Shown here: piece after piece, positions 1 through 15,010 of the stretch
Position numbering within the stretch: position 1 is the first letter of the stretch
Layout: every line of letters starts with the position of its first letter
Origin: Eledone cirrhosa
Lineage: Eukaryota
Direction: 5' to 3'
Assembly (NCBI GenBank): GCA_964016885.1
Contig: OZ024751.1
Coordinates: 11,160,001 to 11,224,000 of the forward strand
Length of the DNA stretch: 64,000 nt
Made by a program: the position numbers and the translations under genes
Notes under the pieces: generated by a model
Told to the model about the DNA's origin: nothing
The model's input: only the letters and a program-made list of their open reading frames with translations
The model's database searches: none

Positions 1-7
1 ATATATA

Positions 8-252
8 TCTTAAATCGTTTGGAAGCCTCGACAATGCAAATGGGTAAATCTCCGGGTAACAAGGTCCGGTGGTGGAGAGAGAGATGTAAGTGGGTGTACG
101 TTGAGATGCGTGGTGTGTATAAGATGTGTGAGATGTGTAGAATGAAGGGAAGAGTATAAAGGATAAAATAAAAATAACAACACATGAGAGAGTTACCTTG
201 GGAGAGATTTAATAGTCCCTATATATTTCGGATTCACACCCATCAACTGGGT
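8..252 (-). repeat. 3' pseudo-LTR copy of the PLE
   Basis: Near-identical direct repeat of ~3091-3338. Confidence 0.9.
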
Positions 253-536
253 TTTTTTTCTGGGGTGGGGGAAAACGTTGTCTGTCGGACAAGTCCGGAA
301 CGCGTCCTTCGCTGTTTGTTGTTTTGAATATCTGAGGTATTCGGCAGAGCGCGCGTGCGCGTGAAATGGGGTCGGTCGTACAGAGGTCAGCGGCCGAATG
401 AGGGAGTAGGATGGAGCTAGCTGTCAGTTCATTCTCTGCCTGTTTGTTACTGTGTGTGTGTGTGCGTGTGTGTATGAAGTTGTCTCGTTTGCGTGTGTGT
501 GTGCGTGTGTTGTGTGTTGTTGCATCGCTTGTTAAC

Positions 537-3121
537 TTAAACCAGCCATCTCATTTCGCTTCTCTCTGATCGGTTGTTTATTTGCGGTTGCAGTCGTTTG
601 ATAAAAAGCGCTTCCTTGATACGTAACGTGCCGACGTTTCTTTCAGTCGCTAGAATTGTGACAATGGGCCTTTGTTTCCGCATTTGTCTATGTGTTTCCG
701 GAAAGACGAGGCCCTGGTTTTAATGTGTTCCTTGATCCGGATGTGCAAAGGTCGAATTGTGCTACCTATGTAGTATTGGTTGCACCTGTCACATTCTATC
801 TTATACACGACGTATGTGCGTAGGCAACAGTTCGCATGGCGTATCGGGCAGTCCCTGAGGGAGCATGCGTCAGTAGATTTTTCGGGTTTCCTGGAGAGGC
901 ATCTTCGTAGGGAGGGGCCCGAGTGGGCCAGGTGGATGTCGAGGCCCTCCCTCCGTATAGCCTTGCGGATAGCGTTGGTGGTTTTCTCGCTCAGGTGTGG
1001 CATTTTAAGGAAGCACTTGCCTTGGGTGCTTCTCTGTCTCTTGCGTCTGGTGTCTCCTATTCTGTCTGTGATCGAGGTAGGGTACCGGTTCGTCTCCAGC
1101 ACCTCGAGGAATCGCTTGGTATGAGTGACACCACTCGCGGGATCGCTGCATCTGTTTTTGATTCGCGCGATCTCGTTCGTGATGTATCCTCTTTTGGCAC
1201 TGTTAGGGAGGGCGGACTTGTAGTGAACGAATAGGTCCCTGCAGGCTGCCTTTCGGTAGAAGTTGCAGTGGATCCTTTCCTGTTCCGTGATGTTGAACGT
1301 CTCATAGATTCTGTTCGCCGTGTCTTGGGAAGATGTGAGGATGAGGATATCGTCCACGTACCTTGAGAAAAAGGCTACGGCGTTGGGGTGGCAGGCGTTG
1401 AGTGCCTTGCGTTCGAGGTTGTCCATGTAAGAGATCGCTAGGACACCTGATAGGCTTGATCCCATGGGCAATCCCGAGGTTTGTTGGTATATTTGGTCAA
1501 GGAATCCGAAATAGGTGTTGTCGACGACGATGGATAGGAGTTGGTGGATGTCAGTGGTGGTGAGCCCGAAGCAGTGTAGGTCGGTGGATTGGACGCGTTC
1601 CATTAGTATATTGACAGCCGGGAGTGCCGGGACCGAGGTGTAGAGAGCGACTACATCAAGGCTGAAGACATATCTGTTATTCCTTCTGGTGTCGGGATCC
1701 ATTTGATGCAGGCACTTTAACACCTCCTCGGAGCTGTTAACCTGTCCCGGCAAGGTGTCTAAGATGGGTTTGAGTATTCTGGCTAGGAGCCATGAAATTT
1801 TGTAGAGTGGTCCCTCCACGCTCGATACGATGGGTCTGATTTTCAGGTCGGGTCCCTGTTTGTGTGTTTTCACGAGATGGTAGAAGGCGGGTAGTCTGCT
1901 GTTCCTCGTGAGGAGGTTGTATCTCAGCTTCTTCGGGAGCTTCCGTCGGTCGCAGATGTTGGTCCAGGCGGAGTTGATGTGTTCTTCTATCTGCGCGGGA
2001 GTGATTCCCGTGACCTTGGAGTAGAGGTTGTCATCGTCAAGGTGTTGGAGGGCCAGGGTGTTGTAGGCCTCTCTGCTGATGACGCAGAATTCTTTTCCCT
2101 TGTCGGAGGGGAGATAGATGAGGTTCTTCGATTTTAGGTTGGAGAGAGTGGTGAGTTGAAATTTGGTGAGGTTATGTGTTGTGCGTGTGTGTGTGTGTTT
2201 TTGAAGTATATCCGAGATGGAGTGTTTTAGCCTGATGAGTTTAGTGTCGAGTTCGTGGTTGGTAGGTGGGGGGTGGAGTGGGTTGTCGGGGTGGTAAGTG
2301 GGGAACTTGGGGTGGGTTGCGTCGGCGCTGTTATTTTCTGTGGCGCTGTTGATGGCGGTCACCCATTTAAGTTGGTAAGCGGCTCGACAAAAGTTGGCCT
2401 CGGTGTTGAGTTTGAGTCTGTCGTCGAGACGTTGTGTGACGATGAACTTAGGTCCGAGGTGTAGGAGTTTCAGCTCGTCGCTCGTGAGAATGCCGGTTAG
2501 GTCGGTGACCAGGTGCGTCGCATCGTTGAGGTATGGCTCGGTGTTGGTGGTTGCGGCGGTGGCGGTTGTTAAGTTGTTGTTTTCCACGTGGTTCTGGTCC
2601 GTCTGTTCATTAGTGTCGATGTTCTCGTTGTGGCGTTTCGACAAGATCCATTCATATTTTCGCTTGAGCCGTTTTTTCTCATATTGGACTCTGGAGTGGT
2701 AGCACTGGTCGATTGCTTTAGTGATTTTCAGGAGCAAGTCTCCGGGTGCTATTGGCAGTCGATGTGTCCGCTCTGAGAGTGTCCGCTTATGGACGTGTAA
2801 TTGGCGGTTGAGATGTCTCAGGATATGTTTAATACACGTGCGATGTATGCGGTTAGTGGTGTTTTGGAAGGCTGGTGTACGTAGGCTTACTGGTAAGCGG
2901 ATGTTCTTGATGGTGTTGGGGATGACATCGTTTTTTAGGCAGCGTTTCAGGAAAATAAGTTGGGAGCCAGCGTTGGCCCATTTCTCCGACAGTCTAAACA
3001 GTTCCCTTACGGTTGCAAACAATTCCTGGCTCAGGTGTAAGGATAAGAGAGTATTGAAGTTTGCTTGAAGCATTGTGGAATAATAAGTAAATATCTTTAA
3101 GTCGTTTGGAAGCCTCGACAA
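537..3121 (-). pseudogene. PLE polyprotein (reverse transcriptase + GIY-YIG endonuclease), disrupted
   Basis: Motifs PSDKG, LVKTHK, IRPIVS, SLDVVALYT, GLPMGS, RYVDD, FYRK, VVYKIECDRC-YIGSTIRPL-R-KEH. The 823-aa ORF stops at 650; the GIY-YIG C-terminus (ILATERNVGTLRIKEALFIKRLQPQINNR...V*) continues in another frame to a stop at 537-539. The usual xFLD motif between RYVDD and FYRK is absent. Confidence 0.9.
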
Positions 3122-3340
3122 TGCAAATGGGTAAATCTCCGGGTAACAAGGTCCGGTGGTGGAGAGAGATATGTAAGTGGGTGTACGTTGAGATGCGTGG
3201 TGTGTATAATATGTGTGAGATGTGTAGAATGAAGGGAAGAGTATAAAGGATAAAATAAAAATAACAACACAAGAGAGAGTTACCTTGGGAGAGATTTAAT
3301 AGTCCCTATATATTTCGGATTCACATCCATCAACTGGGGT

Positions 3341-3528
3341 TAGGAGCCATGCAATTTTGTAGAGTGGTCCCTCCACGCTCGATACGATGGGTCTGATTTT
3401 CAGGTCGGGTCCCTGTTTGTGTGTTTTCACGAGGTGGTAGAAGGCGGGTAGTCTGCTGTTCCTCGTGAGGAGGTTGTATCTCAGCTTCTTCGGGAGCTTC
3501 CGCCGGTCGCAGATGTTGGTCCAGGCGG
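3341..3528 (-). repeat. Duplicated internal RT segment of the PLE (copy of 1784-1971)
   Basis: taggagccat...gtccaggcgg matches 1784-1971 with about 3 substitutions. Confidence 0.92.
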
Positions 3529-3831
3529 GAAAAAAACCCCAGTTGATGGATGTGAATCCGAAATATATAGGGACTATTAAATCTCTCCCAAGGTAACTCT
3601 CTCTTGTGTTGTTATTTTTATTTTATCCTTTATACTCTTCCCTTCATTCTACACATCTCACACATCTTATACACACCACGCATCTCAACGTACACCCACT
3701 TACATCTCTCTCTCTACCACCGGACCTTGTTACCCGGAGATTTACCCATTTGCATTGTCGAGGCTTCCAAACGACTTAAAGATATTTACTTATTGTTCCA
3801 CAATGCTTCAAGCAAACTTCAATACTCTCTT
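3529..3831 (+). repeat. Inverted pseudo-LTR copy of the PLE
   Basis: Reverse complement of ~3044-3339; gives mirror ORF starts (MSRLPNDLK at 3755+ and 3121-). Confidence 0.92.
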
Positions 3832-4166
3832 ATATATATATATATTTATTTATATATATAGATATATATATTTATTTATGTGTATATATATATATATTTA
3901 TTTATGTGTATATATATATATTTATTTATGTGTATATATGTATATATATATATATATTTATTTATATGTGTATATATATATATATTTTTTTGTATGTGTA
4001 TATATGTATATAGATATATATATTTCATTTATATGTGTGTGTGTATATATAAATATTTTTTATTTATATGTATATATATAAATATATATATATATATGTA
4101 TTTGTGCGTATATATATTTTTTGTTTATATGTGTATGTGTGTGCATATATGTATATATTTTGTTTA

Positions 4167-4259
<93 letters not shown>

Positions 4260-4407
4260 ATATATATTTTATTAATTTATGTGTATATATGTGTGTATAT
4301 ATATATATAGTAAATTATATATACTTATTTATATGTATATATATATATATATATATATTTAAAATGTATGTGTGTGTAAATCCATTACGAATATTCGTGT
4401 ATATTTA

Positions 4408-4448
<41 letters not shown>

Positions 4449-4776
4449 AGGGAGGATGATATGAGGATCATCAGAACGTGACGATAACAAGATGGTGATG
4501 TGTTCGAAATATTTATAGGTGGAGAGTTATATATAATGTGTTACCTTTACATTTCCAGTTTAGTTCAGTTTAATTAAGTGACGACAACTTTGACTAACAG
4601 CCACGAACCTCATTAATTATGTATGTAAAGATGAGAGGTCATGCCCTTTCTTCTCTGAATGAATTATAAGAAAATACAGATGTAGCCGCATGTTACATAC
4701 CTCATGTAATACTATTATAAGTACATCAATCTCTCGGTCACATAGTATGTTGTGTGTATGTATATATATGTATATA

Positions 4777-4864
<88 letters not shown>

Positions 4865-6032
4865 TATTAGTACACAGACACAACACACACATACACACAC
4901 ATATATGTGTGTGTGGGTGTTGTTGTGTTGTGTGTGTGTATATATATATGTATATATATATATTCAACTTACTATGTAGTAAGCGCCGAAACATCTATGA
5001 TCCGTAGTAAACAGCTGATGAAGGGCCACTTTTCTTCTCTTGTTTATGTTCCTACTACCTTCTTACACTTTGTTTTCAGTTACCTCACAGCTTGCCTCTT
5101 TACGTGTGTGTGTGTAAACACACACACACACACACACATACATATATATATTTAGATACGTCTCTCTCTCTACATATATATATATATATTTATATATATA
5201 TATATGCATGTACAAATGCTTTTCCTCAAACCATTTTTACGTTCCCTTCTCTTGTCACTCTGTATGGTTTTCAATTCCATCTTTTATTCCTCATTTTAAC
5301 TGCTGATGAAAGACTAATGTCCGAAACAAAAATGCACTCTTCCTAATATATCGCTACAATGTACTGTATTGTTGACTTTGTTATACCCATTTATGTTTAG
5401 CATATATATATCTATACACACACTCACATATATATTTATATATATATATATATATATAATGTGTGTGTGTGTGTGTGTGTGTATATGTATGTATTAGTAT
5501 ATACATGTATGTGTATGTATGTGTGTATGTGTATATACATGTATGTATGCATGTACGTGTGTATACATATATATATAATATACATAACATGTAAGTGTGT
5601 GTACACGTAGTAGAATTGAGAAAAGAAAGTTAGAACACATTCACCATTGTGTTAGTGTACAGTTCTATGTTTCACATATAGCTATATACTGTAGTAAACT
5701 TACCGTACATAGTTTTCAGTACAGCTAATAGTATCACAAAGATCTACACATGGCCGCCATTTGGCTTCAGTCCATGTGATAATGCAATTTATAGCATACG
5801 TATATAGCGGAGATAGCCATGTATCTTTTACATATATCGCATATCTCCATTCAATATCGAATTTTCGAAATATTTAGCTTAAAATTGGGGCTTGCGACGA
5901 TATTAGTGGAAAACAAATATGTTTTAGCAGTTCCTAAATATGGCAGATGAACAGATATTTTAGATAATACATATTTATGTTGATATTTAATAAATGAATT
6001 AATAATTTGAACTAGATATAGAATGTATGTGC

Positions 6033-6069
<37 letters not shown>

Positions 6070-6253
6070 CACACACATACACAAACACAGATGCATACAG
6101 AGAGAGAGAGAGAGATAAACAAACACACACACACGTACATACATATCAGTGAGAGTAGAGGATCTATCACGTGCTCGGGGGACTCGGTTAGTTACCTCTT
6201 CTAGCAAGAAGCATAAAGCAATTACGGTGAAATAACCCAGTCTTAACTACTGT

Positions 6254-6333
<80 letters not shown>

Positions 6334-6614
6334 AAAGTATGTCCATAGAATCATTTGATAACATATATACACCATTTCCTCTCCCAATTAGCATAATTAA
6401 CCACATAAAAAATCAATTAAACCAGGCTATAAGAAAAAAGGCTCCTATGAAGAAATATTTGATAAATAAACGACAGCAGCCTCTTCGCGGCCGACCGCTT
6501 AAGAATCTTTACCCCAGATTTCAACAGCATGTAGAACTGACTAAATATATCGTCAAACATACACATTAGGTATAAATTTTAAGTTAGAAGAAATGTGTAC
6601 ACTCTTACCACGAT

Positions 6615-6689
6615 TATGTCTCGACTCTGGGGTTTTGAGATATCCTATTAAGGATAAAATCTCGAGTTTCGAACTCATCAGGAGACATA
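6615..6689 (-). ncRNA. Hammerhead ribozyme-like motif, variant (extra hairpin, G12>A)
   Basis: Minus strand: TATGTCTC-CTGATGA-GTTCGAAACTC-GAGA..TATCCT TAAT AGGATA TCTC-AAAAC CCCAGA GTC-GAGACATA; perfect 8-bp stem I, GUC site. Confidence 0.55.
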
Positions 6690-6775
6690 CATAGGTAATT
6701 TTTCAAAGCAATCCCCGCCAGAAATAGATTAAAAAATGGCTAAGAATCGTGACGTCGCAGTGGTCAAGTTAGAAA

Positions 6776-6864
<89 letters not shown>

Positions 6865-6865
<1 letters not shown>

Positions 6866-7053
6866 GTTATTCCGGGTTGAATCGGAGGTAACCACAGTAA
6901 GTAAGGTACTCAATACATTGCAGAGTATAACAGTTTTAATATAGATGAGATTCTACAGGACTAGAACTGTTTCATTCTTTAGAAATCATCAGGAATCTGA
7001 TGATTTCTAAAGAATGAAACAGTTCTAGTCCTGTAGAATCTCATCTATATTAA

Positions 7054-7057
<4 letters not shown>
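6865..7057 (-). mobile_element. Short hammerhead-bearing fold-back element (family B) in (TA)n
   Basis: Inverted arms 6932-6992 / 6997-7057; homologous to 41044-41197 and to a fragment at ~34031-34066. Confidence 0.75.
6948..6998 (-). ncRNA. Type I hammerhead ribozyme (family B)
   Basis: AGATTC-CTGATGA-T TTC TAAA GAA T-GAAA CAG TTCTAGTC CTG TA-GAATCT: intact core, 6-bp stem I, 4-bp stem III, GUA site. Confidence 0.8.
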
Positions 7058-7088
<31 letters not shown>

Positions 7089-7330
7089 ACCTTCTTTTAC
7101 TACTCCTTGGAGTTTCTGTTCTCTCTCCGAACTTTGCTAATGAAGGACTCCGATCCGCAATATCGAACTCTCTTCTACTAAGCGTGAATCTAAGATAACT
7201 GTGTAAAATTGCCTCCTGTGTTTTATTTATTCATTTTCAACTATATATATATATTATATAAAATATCTATCTATCTCTATATATATCTATACATATTCAA
7301 TTAGAAAGTAAACAACACAATATATAACTA

Positions 7331-7400
7331 CTCCATTACTAAAGGTTTCAGGACCCTTAGATAGTACTGATATACGTCTAGGATCGTTCATCAGACAGAG
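7331..7400 (-). ncRNA. Type I hammerhead ribozyme with long stem II
   Basis: CTCTGT-CTGATGA-ACGATCCTAGA...TCTAAGGGTCCT-GAAAC CTTTA GTA-ATGGAG; 6-bp stem I with two G-U pairs. Confidence 0.7.
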
Positions 7401-7478
7401 ATGTTAAATAGCTCTGTTCTATACATAGAGCACTCTTTTTTCATTTGCTTTTTCTTCGGAATTACCTAACACACACGC

Positions 7479-7595
<117 letters not shown>

Positions 7596-7705
7596 ACACA
7601 CACATATATATATACTTAAATGTGTATGCTTATACCAACATATGTATTCACGTATAAATATAACTTCGCATTTATATATATAACTCTATGTATATATGTA
7701 TATAT

Positions 7706-8130
7706 AACGAATGAGTTGTGGTAAGGAATCAGATGGACCATAACGCACCAGAGTACTCAATACTTAGGGTAGTAGAGTGGGAGATAGGAAATGTATGACC
7801 CCGACGGCAGAGCTCAAGCCGTTTCAACGTTGAAAGTGAATTCACTTTCAACGCTTGACCGGCTCCACCCACTCCCTCATTGTTCGACAGGCAAGTTCAG
7901 CCACCCCTACCCACACGAAATGCCATGATAGACTTAATTGTGTTTACAAGAAAATTTGATCAATCCTCTTGACAACTACAGTCTTCCCATAAAAGGAATT
8001 ATCCTTGAAAAGTTCGGCTATTTATTCACCACGCTAAATATTCTAATTTAGTCCAGAAATTGCAGTCGAAAAGGCTTGAGCTCTGCCGTTTGGGTCATAC
8101 ATTTTCCTATTACCCACTCTACTACTCTAA

Positions 8131-8133
<3 letters not shown>
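7706..8133. mobile_element. Fold-back element family A (carries the 3' half of a hammerhead)
   Basis: Inverted arms ~7760-7826 / ~8067-8133; homologous to 17491-17690, 17982-18042 and 61077-61266. Confidence 0.7.
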
Positions 8134-8202
<69 letters not shown>

Positions 8203-8309
8203 ATGTATATAACGTTAACACGTTCTTGCTATTTCAAGCGTTAACCTAATATATTCCTTCCATATATTGTACCGATTGTGTTGTTATTTCTGTTTAACTT
8301 TTACACACG

Positions 8310-8417
<108 letters not shown>

Positions 8418-8434
8418 TATATATATATATACAC

Positions 8435-8620
<186 letters not shown>

Positions 8621-8625
8621 TATAA

Positions 8626-8690
<65 letters not shown>

Positions 8691-8713
8691 TAAATATATA
8701 TATATGTATACAT

Positions 8714-8760
<47 letters not shown>

Positions 8761-9097
8761 TATATATATAAATATATGTGTTTGGTATGTATATTTAATT
8801 TTGATAGTTTGTATAATTTTGTATAATTTTGTACATAGATCTGTTGAATATGCATGCCAATTCTAACACATATATATCCTAGAAACGATCGTTAAATAAT
8901 GAACTTTTTTTGTTTAATATAAGGAACTGTTTCATTGTTTTATTCATTATTTTTTTAATATTTTATCTTGACTCTGTATTCCGTTTATCTTTCACCGAAA
9001 GTGATTTTTCATTGCATCTCTTCTTTCCATGATATCCGGATTACATTGAGTTCTTCATACGGATTGGACACTACCGTAAACTCTTGGTAGATTTATC

Positions 9098-10601
<1,504 letters not shown>

Positions 10602-11056
10602 GAACGTGTATATGTGTGCAGAAGCGGATACTACAGAGTAAACACAAAGTTGACGATATGGCTTGACTGTGTAATGGAGTCTTGAGAAAACAAACGTTAT
10701 TTTTAACAAAGTTATCTTTTTTGGTCGCCATCTTCTATTTTACAAGAGATCCTTCGTTTGTCTGCCTCCATAGCTTTTGTCACTATTTAACTGTTTAACC
10801 AGTATCAATGTCTAATTTCACACCATCTCGATCAGAATGTTCGCAGGATATGCAGTTGTAATAATGCATTTAAGAGCATGAAAGTCCACCATTTTTAACT
10901 GTTCGGTGCAAATGTTTAGATCAAGCAAATATTTGCTAGTGTCAAGTTTCACCTTAGATGGGTGATGCAGTGAAATCTTCAAATGCTCTGTGCTCTCCAG
11001 CGTTTTACATTATGTGTATAGTGTATATGAATGGCTCAGTATATGTGTATGTGTGT

Positions 11057-11351
<295 letters not shown>

Positions 11352-11460
11352 TATATTATACACATATAGATATATATATATATATATAAAGAAAAAGGGA
11401 TGAAATAGAAAATGCAACTGAAGTCTTATTTTTTTTTAAAATATATATATTTATTTGGTT

Positions 11461-11498
11461 CCTTTACCTGTTTCGCAGTTCTTCTGCTTTTCAAAAGG
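11461..11498 (-). ncRNA. Minimal type I hammerhead, U3-A8 core variant
   Basis: CCTT-TTGAAAA-GCAG AAGAA CTGC-GAAA CAGG TA-AAGG. Confidence 0.7.
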
Positions 11499-12021
11499 TG
11501 AGTTGAGATGGAGGGTCTGTGGTTTTTTCTCACATCTGGTTGGTCTCTAAATGTTACTTGTTTTATATGGAAAAAGTGGCTCGAAAGCCAGGTTTTTCGA
11601 GAAGTAATTTGATTGGTTTGTCAATAATTATAATAAATTTCGCGCCAGTTCGCGTTACAATAGTTCTTCAAATAAGAGAGAGGGTGGGTGTGGGGGTGTC
11701 ACAGGTTGTTTTTTTCATATATGAGTGTTTGAATTTCTTTTTACTTGAAAAAATAAGGCTCACGAAGGCTTTTTTTTGGGTTGGTTATAAATGAAATGTG
11801 GCTGTCACGTGAACAAGTTTTCATTACATTTTTGCGCCCTTATTTGGAAAACTATTCTCTAGTCTTTATAGTGAATGTTATGACAATGGAGAGATAGTGG
11901 TCAAGGGGAAAAGGGATTGGGAGAAATGTTCTGGTTCAGTGAATATGGCCAGGTGTCAGAGTTCAGGTGTCAGAGTTCAGATTTTCTATTGAGACTGAAG
12001 ATATGTGTTTATTTGTGTGCT

Positions 12022-12066
<45 letters not shown>

Positions 12067-12535
12067 TGGAAGATGATTCTATTAGTAGAGATGGGGGGAG
12101 GGAGTTGGTGTGTGTGTATATGGGTGTTATGTGTGTGTGTGCGAGTATGTTAGATGGAGAGAATATATATTTTGTGTGTGTGTATATATATATGTGTGTA
12201 GGAAAGTGGTTCTATTAGTAGAAATGGGGAGGGTGTTGTAGGTGTGGGGGTTGTTATGTGTGTGTATGGGTGTTATGTGTGTGGGAGTATGGTTAGCATG
12301 TTAAGATGAAGAGTATATATATATATATTGTGTGTGTGTGTGTGTGTGTCCCCCCTCTCTTATTTGAAGAACTATTGTAACGCGAACTGGCGCGAAATTT
12401 ATTATAATTATTGACAAACCAATCAAATTACTTCTCGAAAAACCTGGCTTTCGAGCCACTTTTTCCATATAAAACAAGTAACATTTAGAGACCAACCAGA
12501 TGTGAGAAAAACCACAGACCCTCCATCTCAACTCA

Positions 12536-12572
12536 CCTTTTGAAAAGCAGAAGAACTGCGAAACGGTAAAGG
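12536..12572 (+). ncRNA. Minimal type I hammerhead, U3-A8 core variant (mirror copy)
   Basis: CCTT-TTGAAAA-GCAG AAGAA CTGC-GAAA CGG TA-AAGG; 1-nt deletion in the stem III loop. Confidence 0.6.
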
Positions 12573-12702
12573 AACCAAATAAATATATATATTTAAAAAA
12601 AAATAAGACTTCAGTTGCATTTTCGATTTCATCCCTTTTTTTTTATACTTCCACTCGTGTAGGACACCTCGGTTATTTTTCATTTTGTAAAAAAAACCTC
12701 AC

Positions 12703-12784
<82 letters not shown>

Positions 12785-12907
12785 TCTTTGTAATTATTAT
12801 TACTACTATATATACGTGTGTACATACATACGAACATATATACGTACAGATACACAGTTCTTTCTCTCCCTCTCTATACCCGTAACTCCCTGTATATATA
12901 TATATAC

Positions 12908-12946
<39 letters not shown>

Positions 12947-12957
12947 CATATATATAC

Positions 12958-12994
<37 letters not shown>

Positions 12995-13126
12995 CATATA
13001 TATTTATATATACATATATATATATACATATATATATATACATATATATATATATACTTATATATATATAATATATATATATATATACATATATATACAT
13101 ATATATATATATATACATATATATAC

Positions 13127-13272
<146 letters not shown>

Positions 13273-13304
13273 AGATCAATAGATGGTTAAAAGAGTTCCA
13301 TGTA

Positions 13305-13370
13305 TTTTATTATGCGCATTTCAAAAACAAATATCATCATGAAATAACATTTGTGTTTTCGTCAGATAAA
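13305..13370 (-). ncRNA. Type I hammerhead (family C; element ~13272-13464)
   Basis: TTTAT-CTGACGA-AAACACAAAT...ATTTGTTTTT-GAAA TGCGCA TA-ATAAA; palindromic stem III. Confidence 0.75.
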
Positions 13371-14306
13371 TAGGAAGACATGATATGAAGGTTAAAATAC
13401 ACTTGTGAATAGAGCAGTTTTAAATCAACATATTTTATTGTACTACAATAAAACTCACCTCCGATATATATATATATACAGGGGAGTTTATATGTTTAGG
13501 TATGTCACATGTGTATATATATATATTTGTGTATATATATATATTTTGTATATATTATATATATATATGTGTGTGTGTGTGTATGTGTGTATGTGTTTAT
13601 ATGTGTGTGTGTGTATATATATGCGTGTGTGTGTGGTATATATGTGTATGTGTGTATAAATGTGTGTGTGTATATGTGTGTGTGTATATATATATATAGG
13701 TGTAGGTGTGTGTGTGTGTATATATATGTGCGTGTGTGTGTATATATGTGTGTGTGTATGTATGTATGTGTGTGTGTGTGAATACAGATAGCTAGTTGGG
13801 TAGATAAGTATGTAAATAAATAACTAAACAAATATATAACTAAATAGACATAGTTATATTTACATATACATATATCATATACACACTTTTGGTGTTGTAA
13901 TTACACGTGTATAACGTAAACACTGTAGCACATGGAATGCAGGCAATATAGCAAGTTATATAAATATATTTTTTGAATCTTTCCATATGTTACTAGGCAT
14001 ACAGATAGTTACAAGGGAACTCCTTCTTCTCATCTTCAATGCCATCAAATTGAAAAATGATTGTATGTATTGTTGAAGTGTCATTGTTCTCTGAGAGGGA
14101 GGCTAGAGAAAGTTTTTTCTATAACATTTATTACATTCGTATACATACATCACCCACTCACACACATGTACACCCACTAACACGTTTTTTGCGTATATAT
14201 AAATACACACACACACATACAAACACACACACACACACGCACATATGTGTGTGTGTGTATAAATGTATATATATGTGTGTGTGTGTATATGTATATATGT
14301 GTGTGT

Positions 14307-14347
<41 letters not shown>

Positions 14348-14920
14348 GTATATATGTGTGTGTGTGTGTGTGTGTGTATATGTATATATATATGTGTTTG
14401 TATATATGTATATATATATGTGTGTATATATATGTATATATATATATATGTGTGTGTATATATGTATATATATATGTGTGTGTGTATATATATGTATATA
14501 TGTGTGTGCGTATATATATATGTATATATGTGTGTGTGTGTGTATATATATGTATATGTGTGTGTGTGTATATATATGTATATATGCGTGTATATATGTG
14601 TATATATATGTATATATGCGTGTATATATGTATATATATATGTGTGTGTATATATGTATATATATATATATATGTGTGTGTATATATGTATAATGAGTGT
14701 GTGTATATATATATGTATATATAAATATATATGTGTGTGTGTATGTATATATATATATGTGTGTATGTATATATATACGCGTATATGTGTGTATACGGTT
14801 ATTTATCATGTGCGTATATGATGATGATTTTCATCATGTTCATTTTTAACGTCCGTTTTCCCTGACACACAGACACACACACACATACACACACAGACAC
14901 GACACACACACACATATATA

Positions 14921-15010
14921 TATAGTAATAATAAGTGTGAGGACTAAAATCTGAAGAGAGCTCGATTAGGGTGAAAGCAGCGATTCTTTGCTTAAACTTT
15001 AAACTGTTCT

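Larger units (their letters stand above)
8..3831 (-). mobile_element. Penelope-like retroelement (PLE), near full length, with direct and inverted pseudo-LTRs, inserted in (TA)n
   Basis: RT + GIY-YIG ORF on the minus strand; ~245-bp direct repeat 8-252 = ~3091-3338 overlapping the ORF start; inverted copy 3529-3831; TA repeats at both edges. Confidence 0.93.
11392..12640. mobile_element. Inverted-repeat element (~290-bp arms 11392-11680 / 12354-12640), probable PLE remnant
   Basis: Near-identical inverted arms (mirror ORFs FSHIWLVSK on both strands), each with a hammerhead motif, flanked by (TA)n. Confidence 0.75.

Noticed and set aside
253-536. SECIS element or selenoprotein-type PLE
   Set aside because: No in-frame TGA in the ORF and no convincing AUGA..AA..GA stem-loop in the 3' UTR by eye.
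780-3068. Plus-strand ORFs overlapping the PLE
   Set aside because: Antisense shadows of the RT ORF with no recognisable motifs.
14946-14986. Family E as a bona fide hammerhead
   Set aside because: CTGAAGA and GAAA are present, but there is no UH cleavage triplet or consistent stem II in any copy; kept only as a repeat.
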